DNA of 64,000 nucleotides from contig CM082583.2 in NCBI GenBank assembly GCA_040954595.2, positions 342,542 to 406,541 of the forward strand, written 5' to 3'. The notes beneath the pieces are model-generated. The model saw only the letters and a program-made list of their open reading frames with translations. It was not told where the DNA came from and searched no databases. Made by a program: the position numbers and the translations under genes. Positions 36,545-48,419 of the stretch are shown in pieces (within the stretch, counting starts at the first letter, position 1; each line of letters opens with the position of its first letter). This DNA is from Balanoglossus misakiensis. Lineage: Eukaryota; Animalia; Hemichordata.

Positions 36545-39500
36545 ATTAAAGCTGCAAGCAGCATTGTCCGGGCCCAAGCTCTATTATCTGATCTGATTAT
36601 TAGATATGCACATAATTAATGAGTAGGAACATAATGCTGTGTTTTATCCCATGAAATATCAAGGTTATATCTATGTTTGGTGTTGATATAGTGTTAAGTA
36701 GGTCAAAGGTCACCCAGAGGTCACCCACAATTTGGGCAGAAAATTTTGACCCATAGTGGTCCATGTCCAACAAAAACCAGATCTCTAGCCCTTTTGGTTA
36801 GCCCGAAATTAGGTATGCACATATATAATGAGTTAAGCAGGTGTCACAGGTGACCCAAAACTTTGGCTTTTCATTATGGCCCCATACCTCCAAACGCCAA
36901 GGCTGTATCTGCTGTGGATGTCGAGATATGCAAAAGTAGGTCAAAGGTCATCCGAGGTCACCCAACATTTGGGCAAAAAACATTGACCCAATACTGGTTC
37001 ATGTCCAACAAAAACCAAACCTCTAGGTCTATTGGTTCATCTGTAATTAGGTATGCGCATATTTAATGAGGTCAGCAGAGGTCAAAGGGGTCATGATAAG
37101 TAGCGAAATTTTTTGATCACATACAAATCCACATACATCAAAAACCAAAATCATAGCCCTATAGGTTAGCCTGGAATTAGATATGCAGAAAAAAACGATG
37201 TGTCAAAAGTAGGTCAAAGGTCATTGCCAAAATTACCAAAATATTTGGGGTAGGTCCTGGCAGGGATGATACCAATGTGCACAAAAATCAGAACTCTGGT
37301 ACATTTAGAACACGTAGTATGAGCTATATATGCATATATGCAGGTTTTTAAAAAAGTAGGTCAAAGGTCATGTGAAAATTTCCAAAATATTTGAAACATA
37401 TTCTAGTCATATCACGACTCATATCCATAAAAAGAATTTGTATGCTATCTATTTTTAGACTAGAAAAATGATTTCTTAATTTTCGCTGGTTTTTACAAAA
37501 TCCAATATGGCCGCCATAATCTTCGACCAATCACAACGCTCTTCGCAAACTTGAGAGACATCAGTTAGGTGATGTCATACCCTAAATCCCATGCCTCGGT
37601 TATTGCCGGTTCTGGAGAAGAAGATTTTTGAAGATTTTACTGTACTTTTTCGAAAATCCAATATGGCGGCCAAAGTCACGTGACCGCTCAGGATTTTATT
37701 GTCAAACTTTGAAGGGCAGAGGACATGTGTACCATACACCAAATTTGAACTTGATTGGCCCTGTGGTTTTTGAGAAGAAGCCATTTAAAGATTTTCAGAA
37801 AATCCAATATGGCCGCCAGGTCACGTGACTAATTAAATATTCACAAGCCACTGCACATCTACTCATTGACCTTGACCACTGTAGCAAGTTTGAGAAGTGT
37901 ACCTGTAGCCGTTTCAGAGATCTAGGAGAGCAAAGATTGACATAAGAATAAAGAAAGATTAAAGCTGCAAGCAGCATTGTCCGGGCCCAAGCTTTATTAT
38001 CTGATCTGATATTAGATATGCACATAATTAATGAGAAGAAACATAATGCTGTGTTTATCCCATGAAATATCAAGGTTATATCTATGTTTGGTGCTGATAT
38101 AGTGTTAAGTAGGTCAAAGGTCACCCAGAGGTCACCCACAATTTGGGCAGAAAATTTTGACCCATAGTGGTCCATGTCCAACAAAAACCAGACCTCTAGG
38201 CCTTTTGGTTAGTACAGAATTAGGTATGCACATAAATGATGAGTTGAGCAGGGGTCACAGGTGACGCAAAACTTTGGCTTTTCATTATGGCCCCATACCT
38301 CCAAATGCCAAGGCTGTATCTGCTGTGGATGTCGACATATGCAAAAGTAACTCAAAGGTCACCCAAGGTCACCCAACATTTGGGCAAAAATTTTTGACCC
38401 AATACTGGTCCATGTCCAACAAAAACCAAACCTCTAGGTCTATTGTTGCATCTGTAATTAGGTATGCGCATATTTAATGAGGTCAGCAGAGGTCAAAGGG
38501 GTCATGAAAAGTAGCAAAAATTTTTGATCACATACAAAACCACATACATCAAAAACCAAACTTATAGCCCTATTGGTTAGCCTGGAATTAGATATGCAGA
38601 AAAATGATGCGTCAAAAGTAGGTCAAAGGTCATTGCCAAAATTACGAAAATATTTATAGCTTATTCTTGTCATATGATGATTCATATCCATAAAAAGAAT
38701 TTCTGTGCTATCAATTTTTAGGCTAGAAACGGAATTTTTACTTTTTAATCGTTGTTCACGAAATCCAATATGGCCGCCAAAATCTTCGACCAATCACAAT
38801 GATCTTAGCAAACTTGATAGACATCAGTGTAGTGACCATACTCCCCAAATCTTGTGACTTGGTTATCGCTGGTTCTTGAGAAGAAGATTTTTGAAATTTT
38901 ACTAGGGTTTTTCGAAAATCCAATATGGCCGCCATAATCTTCGACCAATCACAATGATCTTCGCAAACTTGATAGACCTCAGTTTGGTGACCACATACCC
39001 CAAACCCAGTGTCTCGGTTATCACCGGTTCTGGAGAAGAAGATTTTTGAAATTTAAGCCAGATTTCAGAAAAAAAATTGTAGCAAAAAAACTGCAACTTT
39101 GTCAGCATAATTTCCAATTACAAAAATGATGGGCAGAAGGTAGTCTACCTGCACGCCAAATTTGAAGTCGATCTGACTTGTAGTTTCTGAGATCTGAGAT
39201 TTGCATATTTTCAGAAAATCCAAGATGGCTGCCAGGTCATGTGACTAATTAGAAATTCAAGGGTTCAATGCACGACTACTCATTGACCTTGACCACTGTA
39301 GCAAGTTTCAGAAGTGTACCTGCAGGGGTGTCTGAGATCTAGAGCGACAAAGAATTGACACAAGAATAAAGAAAGAAAGAAAGAAAGAAGAAAGAAAAAC
39401 CCCAACGAAACCAATAGGGCCCAAGCGCTGGTATGCGCTTGGGCCCTAATTAAAGCTGCAAGCAGCATTGTCCGGGCCCAAGCTCTATTATCTGATCTGA

Positions 39501-40994
39501 TTATTAGATATGCACATAATTAATGAGTAGAAACATAATGCTGTGTTTTATCCCATGAAATTTCATGGTTATATCTATGTTTAGTGCTGATAAAGTGTTA
39601 AGTTGGTCAAAGGTCACCCAGAGGTCACCCATAATTTGGGCAGAAAATTTTGACCCATAGTGGTCCATGTCCAACAAAAACCAGACCTATAGCACTTTTG
39701 GTTAGCCCGGAATTAAGTATGCACATAAATAATGAGTTAAGCAGGTGTCACAGGTGACCCAAAACTTTGGCTTTTCATTATGGCCCCATACCTCCAAACG
39801 CCAAGGCTGTATCTGCTGTGGATGCTGATATTTGCAAAAGTAGGTCAAAGGTCACCAGAGGTCACCCAACATTTGGGTAAAAGTTTTTGACCCCATACTA
39901 GTCCTGTCCAACAAAAACAAAACCTCTAGGTCTATTGGTTCGCCTGTAATTAGCTATGCACATAATTAATGAGGTCAGCAGGGGTCAAAGGGGTCGTGAA
40001 AAGTAGCAAAAAATTTTGATCACACACTTATCCACATACATCAAAAACCAAACTTATAGCCCTATTGGTTAGCCTGGAATTAGATATGCAGAAAAATGAT
40101 GCGTCAAAAGTAGGTCAAAGGTCATTGCCAAAATTACCAAAATATTTATAGCATATTGTAGTCATATGATGATCCATATCCATAAAAAGAATTTCTGTGC
40201 TATCAATTTTTAGGCTAGAAAGGGAATTTTTACTTTTTAATCGTTTTTCACAAAATCCAATATGGCCGCCATAATCTTCGACCAATCACATTCCTCTTCG
40301 CAAACTTGATAGACATCTGGTGAATGACCACACACACAAAATCTTGTGACTCGGTTATCACCGGTTCTCGAGAAGAAGATTTTTGAAATTTTACTAGGGT
40401 TTTTCGAAAATCCAATATGGCCGCCATAATCTTCGACCAATCACAATGATCTTCGCAAACTTGATAGACATCAGTTAGGTGACCACATACCCCAAACCCC
40501 GTGTCTCGGTTATCACCGGTTCTAGAGAAGAAGATTTTAGAAATTTAAGCCAGATTTCAGAAAAAAAATTGTAGCAAAAAAACTGCAACATTGACAGCAT
40601 AATTTCCAATTAGAAAAATGTTTGACAGAAGGTAGTCTACCTGCACGCCAAATTTGAAGTCGATCTGACTTGTAGTTTCTGAGATCTGAGATTTGCATTT
40701 TTTCAGAAAATCCAAGATGGCCGCCAGGTCATGTGACTAATTAAAAATTCATGGGTTCAATGCACGACTACTCATTGACCTTGACCACTGTAGCAAGTTT
40801 GAGAACTGTACCTGCAGTGGTGTCTGAGATCTAGAGCGACAAAGAAATGACAGAAGAATAAAGAAAGAAGAAAGAAAGAAAGACAGAAAAACCCCAACGA
40901 AACCAATAGGGCCCAAGCGCTGGTATGCGCTTGGGCCCTAAAAAACTCCAACGAAACCAATACGGGCCCAAGCCTGGCTTGGCTTGGGCCCGTA
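36545..40994 (-). mobile_element. Nest of three HINE-like elements (outer head 40961-40994 with body 36545-37957; inner elements 39451-40939 and 37958-39447)
   Basis: Three heads and three tails. The headless body ending at 37957 is explained by the extra head at 40961-40994. Confidence 0.85.
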
Positions 40995-41056
40995 ATAATA
41001 GGAGGATGATAATAAAATAACTAAAAATAATGACTACAATGATGATGATGATAATT

Positions 41057-44000
41057 AGGGTTTCGAGACCAGAGGGGTCTCGAAACCCTCTTGAAATCGT
41101 GTTGTTTTTGACGGGCCCAAGCCAAGCCAGGCTTGGGCCCGCATTGGTTTCGTTGGGGTTTTTACGGGCCCAAGCCAAGCCAGGCTTGGGCCCGTATTGG
41201 TTTCGTTGGGGTTTTTCTTTCTTTCTTTCTTTCTTTCTTTCTTTATTCTTGGTTCATTTCTTTCGTGCGCTAGATCTCAGACACCGCTGCAGGTACAGTT
41301 CTCAAACTTGCTACAGTGGTCAAGGTCAATGAGTAGATGTGCAGTGACTTGTGAATACTTAATTAGTCACGTGACATGGCGGCCATATTGGATTTTCTGA
41401 AAAAATGCAAATCTCAGATCTCAGAAACTACAAGTCAGATCGAGTTCAGATTTGGCGTGCTGGTAGTATACCCTCTGCCCATCATTTTTGTAATTGGATA
41501 TTTTGCTGTCAATGTTGCATTTTTTTTGCTACAGTTGTTTTTCTGAAATCTGGTCAAAATTTCAAAAATCTTCTTCTCCAGAACCGGCGATAACCGAGTC
41601 ACGCCGTTTGGGGTATGTGGTCACCTAACTGATGTCTATCAAGTTTGCGAAGATCATTGTGATTGGTCGATGATTATGGCGGCCATATTGGATTTTCGAA
41701 AAACCATAGTAAAACTTCAAAAATCTTCTTCTCCAGAACGGGCGATGACTGAGTCACAAGATTTGGTGTGTGTGGTCATTAAACAGATGTCTATCAAGTT
41801 TGCGAAGGGGAATGTGATTGGTCGAAGATTATGGCGGCCATATTGGATTTTGTGAAAAACGATTAAAAAGTAAAAATTCCTTTTCTAGCCTAAACATTGA
41901 TAGCACAGAAATTCTTTTTATGGATATGAATCATCATATGACAAGAATAAGCTATAAATATTTTGGTAATTTTGGCAATGACCTTTGACCTACTTTTGAC
42001 AAATCATTTTTCTGCATATCTAATTCATGGCTAACCAATGGGGCTATAAGTTTGGTTTTTGATGTATGTGGATTTGTATGTGATCAAAAAATTTTGCTAC
42101 TTTTCATGACCCTTTGACCTCTGGTGACCTCATTAAATATGCGCATACCTAATTAATGATGAACCAATAGACCTAGAGGTTTTGTTTTTGTTATACATGG
42201 ACCAGTATGGGGTCAAAATATTTTGCCCAAATGTTGGGTGACCTCGGGTGACCTTTGACCTACTTTTGCATATCTTGACATCCACACCAGATACAGCCTT
42301 GGCGTTTGGAGGTATGCGGCCATAATGAAAAGCCAAAGTTTTGAGTCACCTGTGACACCTGCTTTACTCATTATTTATGTGCATACCTAATTCCGGGCTA
42401 ACCAAAAGGGCTAGATGTCTGGTTTTTGTTTGACATGGACCACTACGGGTCAAAATTTTCTGCCCAAATTTTGGATGACCTCAGATGACCTTTGACCTAC
42501 TTTTGCATATATCGGCATCCAAAGCAGGTACAGCCTTGGCATTTGGAGGTATGGGGCCATAATGAAAAGCCAAAGTTTTGGGTCACCTGTGACACCTGCT
42601 TTATGCATTATTTATGTGCATACCTAATTCCGGGCTAACCAAAAGGGCTAGAGGTCTGGTTTTTGTTGGACATGGACCACTGTTGGTCAAAATTTTCTGC
42701 CCAAATTGTGGGTGACCTCTGGGTGACCTTTGACCTACTTAACACTATATCAACAACAAACATAGATATAACCTTGATATTTCATGGGGATAAAACACAG
42801 CATTATGTTTCAACTCATTAATTATGTGCATATCTAATAATCAGATCAGATAATAGAGCTTGGGCCCGGACAATGCTGCTTGCAGCTTTAATTCTTTCTT
42901 TCTTTCTTTCTTTATTCTTGGTTCACTTCTTTCGCGCTCTAGATCTCAGACACCGCTGCAGGTACAGTTCTCAAACTTGCTACAGTGGTCAAGGTCAATG
43001 AGTAGATGTGCAGTGACTTGTGAATACTTAATTAGTCACGTGACATGGCGGCCATATTGGATTTTCTGAAAAAATGCAAATCTCAGATCTCAGAAACTAC
43101 AAGTCAGATCGAGTTCAGATTTGGCGTGCTGGTAGTATACCCTCTGCCCATCATTTGTGTAATTGGATATTTTGCTGTCAATGTTGCAGTTTTTTTGCTA
43201 CAGTTGTTTTTCTGAAATCTGGTCAAAATTTCAAAAATCTTCTTCTCAAGAACCGGCGATAACCGAGTCACGCCGTTTGGGGTATGTGGTCACCTAACTG
43301 ATGTCTATCAAGTTTGCGAAGATCATTGTGATTGGTCGAAGATTATGGCGGCCATATTGGATTTTTGAAAAACCATAGTAAAACTTCAAAAATCTTCTTC
43401 TCCAGAACGGGCGATAACCGAGTCACAAGATTTGGTGTGTGTGGTCATTAAACAGATGTGTATCAAGTTTGCGAAGGGGAATGTGATTGGTCGAAGATTA
43501 TGGCGGCCATATTGGATTTTGTGAAAAACGATTAAAAAGTAAAAATTCCTTTTCTAGCCTAAAAATTGATAGCACAGAAATTCTTTTTATGGATATGAAT
43601 CATCATATGACAAGAATAACCTATAAATATTTTGGTAATTTTGGCAATGACCTTTGACCTACTTTTGACGCATCATTTTTCTGCATATCTAATTCCAGGC
43701 TAACCAATAGGGCTATAAGTTTGGTTTTTGATGTATGTGGATTTGTATGTGATCAAAAAATTTTGCTACTTTTCATGACCCCTTTGACCTCTGGTGACCT
43801 CATTAAATATGCGCATACCTAATTACAGATGAACCAATAGACCTAGAGGTTTTGTTTTTGTTATACATGGACCAGTATGGGGTCAAAATATTTTGCCCAA
43901 ATGTTGGGTGACCTCGGGTGACCTTTGACCTACTTTTGCATATCTCGGCATCCAAAGCAGGTACAGCCTTGGCATTTGGAGATATGGGGCCATATTGAAA

Positions 44001-46705
44001 AGCCAAAGTTTTGGGTCACCTGTGACCTCTGCTGACCTCATTTATTATGTGCATAGCTAATTACAGGCGAACCAATAGAGCTAGAGGTCTGGTTTTTGTT
44101 GGACATGGACCACTATGGGTCAACATTTTCTTGCCCAAATTTTGGGTGACCTCAGATGACCTTTGACCTACTTTTGCATATCTCGGCATCCAAAGCAGGT
44201 ACAGCCTTGGCGTTTGGAGGTATGGGGCCATAATGAAAAGCCAAAGTTTTGGGTCACCTGTGACACCTGCTTAACTCATTATTTATGTGCATACATAATT
44301 CCGGGCTAACCAAAAGGGCTAGAGGTCTGGATTTTGTTGGACATGGACCACTATGGGTCAAAATTTTCTGCCCAAATTTTGGGTGACCTCAGATGACCTT
44401 TGACCTACTTTTGCATATCTCGGCATCCAAAGCAGGTACATCCTTGGCATTTGGAGATATGGGGCCATAATTAAAAGCCAAAGTTTTGGGTCACCAGTGA
44501 CACCTGCTTAACTCATTATTTATGTGCATACCTAATTCCGGGCTAACCAAAAGGGCTAGAGGTCTGGTTTTTGTTGGACATGGACCACTATGGGTCAAAA
44601 TTTTCTGCCCAAATTTTGGGTGACCTTGGGTGACCTTTGACCTACTTTCGCGTACCTCAGCATCCAGAGCAGGTACAGCTTAGGTGTTTGGGTGGATGGG
44701 ACCAAAATAAGAAGCCAAATTTAAGGCTCACCTGTGACACCTGCTTAACTCATTAACTATGTGCATACCTAATTCCAGGCAAACCAATAGGGCTACAGGT
44801 CTGGTTTTTGTCGGACATGGACCACTATGGGGACATTTTTTCCCCCAAACTTTGGATGTCCTTGGGTGACCTTTGACCTACTTTCACATATCTCGGCATC
44901 CAGAGCAGGTACAGCTTAGGTGTTTGGGTGGACGGGACCAAAATAAGAAGCCAAATTTTAGAGTCACCTGTGACACCTGCCTAACTCATTAATTATGTGC
45001 ATACCTAATTCCAGCCAAACCAGTAGGGCTACAGGTCTGGTTTTTGTTTGACATGGACCAGTATAGCGTAAACATTTTCTGCTCATATTAAGTGTGACCT
45101 CACGTGACCTTTGACCTACTTTTCCACATCTCAGCATCCACAGCACATACACCCTTGGCATTTGGAGTGATAGAACAACTAATGCAGTAATTAAATATGC
45201 ACAAATCTATCTCCAGGCGAACCAATAGGGCTAGTAGTGTCTCGAAACCCGCTTATTGCTGTTCACAGCTATATTTATTATTATTATTCTTCTTCCCACT
45301 CTTAAAAACAGCCGCTATTCGAAGACCGTTGCACCCAATGACTTGAAATTTGGCTCATAGGTAAAACTCAAAGCAAGTAATTTTTTGATCATGTCACTAT
45401 GGCAACAGGTCACATGACCTGGCAGCCATCTTGGATTTAAACTTTTAAATTGGTCTAATTTGCATAAAAAATGAAGAATCCAAATTCTGTTCAGAAACTT
45501 TGTGGACCATATGGCCAGGGTCCTATATGCCAAATTTCAATGTCTAAGTCCTTGCCGATTTTGAGGAGATGATTTTTAAAGCATTATTTTTCATATTTTC
45601 CATGACCATTGGACCCAGCCATTGGCCTATACTTTCCATGGTTAAGCAATGGCCCCCTAGGATTTTAGATTTATGCCCAATATCTCAACATCCGCTGGGC
45701 TGATCAGCTTCAAATTTTGTGTGCAGCTAGCCTACCTTCCGACAATCAGTTCCAACTGGAAAAAATAATATCGACCGATTTTTTTATATTAATTTTTTTT
45801 ATGAAATCTATACCTATACTTATTCCACTATACTTAAGCTATGGCCACATAGTTTTGTAGAATTCTGGTCGGTGCAATAGTCTGCAGCATAGGACCAAAA
45901 TAAGAAGCCAAATTTAAGGCTCCCCTGTGACACCTGCTCAACTCATCAATTATGTGCATACCTAATTCCAGGCAAACCAATAGGGCTACAGGTCTGGTAT
46001 TTGTCGGACATGGACCAGTATGGGGTCAAATTTTTTCCCCAAATTTTGGGTGACCTTGGGTGACCTTTGACCTACTTTCGCATATCTCAGCATCCAGAGC
46101 AGGTACAGCTCAGGTGTTTGGGTGGATGGGACCAAAATAAGAAGCCAAATTTAAGGCTCACCTGTGACACCTGCTCAACTCATTAACTATGTGCATACCT
46201 AATTCCAGGCAAACCAATAGGGCTACAGGTCTGGTTTTTGTCGGACAGGGACCAGTATGGGGTCAATTTTTTTCCCCAAACTTTGGATGTCCTTGGGTGA
46301 CCTTTGACCTACTTTCACATATCTCGGCATCCAGAGCAGGTACAGCTTAGGTGTTTGGGTGGACGGGACCAAAATAAGAAGCCAAATTTTAGAGTCACCT
46401 GTGACAACTGCCTAACTCATTAATTATGTGCATACCTAATTCCAGGCAAACCAGTAGGCTACAGGTCTGGTTTTTGTTTGACATGGACCAGTATAGCGTC
46501 AACATTTTCTGCTCATATTAAGCGTGACCTCACGTGACCTTTGACCTACTTTTCCACATCTCAGCATCCACAGCACATACACCCTTGGCATTTGGAGTGA
46601 TAGAACAACTTATGCAGTAATTAAATATGCACAAATCTATCTCCAGGCGAACCAATAGGGCTAGTAGTGTCTCGAAACCCGCTTATTGCTGTTCACAGCT
46701 ATATT
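41057..46705 (+). mobile_element. Nest of HINE-like elements from two subfamilies, inside a (GAT)n tract
   Basis: Heads at 41057 (AGGGTTTCGAGACC-N5-GGTCTCGAAACCCT), 41111 and 41163. Tails at about 42892 (GGGCCC type) and about 45275 and 46705 (GTCTCGAAACCC plus GCTGT-TC-ACAGC). (GAT)n on both flanks. Confidence 0.85.
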
Positions 46706-46812
46706 GATGATTGTGATGATGATGATAATGATGATGATGATTATAATGAGGATGATGATGACAATAATGATGATGAAGATGTTACAAAAACAGTAACAAT
46801 GATGATGATGAT
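46706..46812. repeat. (GAT)n microsatellite
   Basis: Direct observation. Confidence 0.9.
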
Positions 46813-47599
46813 TAGTTCTTTATATCTGTGTAAGAAAGACACCAATAATAGTAGTTTCTGCAGAGCATATGTCAATGTGGTATTGTCTGGTTTTGGTGAA
46901 TCTTCAGGATACTTTGAGACGCAATAGGTTGGAGAATAAATATGTCTTGAGTGGTATAGGTGGTTAATATTTGTTTCTTAGTGGTCTTAATTTACTCCAG
47001 AATAATGGGTGTAATGTTGTATCTGTTACTATTGTTAGCTTTGGCATTGTGGTTGTAGTGGTATAAAATAACAGAAATAATAATGTAAGTAAAGGTTTAA
47101 TTTAACCATAAATATACGTTACACAGAGATGTATTTTCATCCAGACAATCAGTCACATTCATCTTAAATATTCGTCAGAATTGGTAGCCTAATGTTTATG
47201 CATAGTTCAAGTTTGCATTACATACTTTGTGATTCTGTGTACAGAGTTTTGCAAAGCAAATGTGTTTGTACAAACCAGGGTAAAATGATCCTAGTACATA
47301 GAGCTGTTGGTGAAAATTTATGACTGGTATAGATATATATCATTGATATGCCTGTTATTAAATGAATTAAATAAAGTTTTCTTTTTTTCTAGGAATGCAC
47401 TTCATATGAATCCCTGTTGCCTCGTATCATTTTAATGTACAAATGTAGCAGCCATTTTGCTTGACATGTAAAATATATCATGTAACGGGTTCGTCTGTGT
47501 TTCAGACAAAATGCATGCATGCAAATTTAAATACAGTTACCATGGTAAATGGAGATCTGTACTAACTGGTACAGCAGTTTTAACCGTAACATAGCGGTG

Positions 47600-48086
47600 T
47601 TGAATATGATAATACTGGTGGTGATAATAGTGATGACAATGAATGTGAATCTGGTGGTACTGGTGATACTGATTAAGATAATAATGGTGGTGATGGTGAT
47701 GATGATGGTGATGATGGTGATAATAATGGTGGTGATGGTGATACTGATGGTGATAATAGTGGTGGTGATGATGATGATAATAATGGTGGTGATGGTGATG
47801 ATGATGGTGATAATAATGGTGGTGATGGTGATACTGATGGTGATAATAGTGGTGGTGATGGTGATAATGATGGTGATGATAGTGATAATAATGGTGATGA
47901 TGGTGATAATGATGGTGATGATGGTGATAATAATGGTAGTGATGGTGATACTGATGGTGATGATGGTGATAATAATGGTGGCGATGGTGATAATGATGGT
48001 GATGATTGTGATACTGATGGTGATGGTGGTGATACTGATGGTGATGGTGATAATAATGGTTTAGATGGTGATACTGATGATGATGG

Positions 48087-48150
<64 letters not shown>
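47600..48150. repeat. Imperfect (GAT/GGT/AAT)n trinucleotide tract
   Basis: Direct observation; source of the spurious M/V/I-rich ORF 47549-48064. Confidence 0.95.
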
Positions 48151-48419
48151 ACTTATAAAAATAAAAATATCATACTCACATGTAATGACACAAAGCTTTG
48201 TAAATGGGTGATCTGCTGGGTGCAGTCATGCTCTCAGGTGTTTTTTATTAAAACTTGCACACATGTGGGTGTTCCCATTCTGACCTGGCCAGTCAGATTT
48301 GGGGATGTCATAACCTTGCACTCTCAAACATGAAATACCGTATAAGTAACCACGCACTCAGAAGTTTCTGATTTATCAAACTAGTTAATAATATTACACT
48401 ATGGAATTTGTGGTGTTAT

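Noticed and set aside
23802-45533. Recurrent 60-130-aa ORFs (e.g. MQISDLRNYK..., MAFHYGPIPP...)
   Set aside because: They recur only because the non-coding element is repeated; stops and frames vary between copies and no Rep/helicase motifs are seen.
47549-48064. 171-aa hydrophobic ORF (and similar ORFs at 46667, 51553, 51641, 57070-57739)
   Set aside because: Translations of microsatellites.
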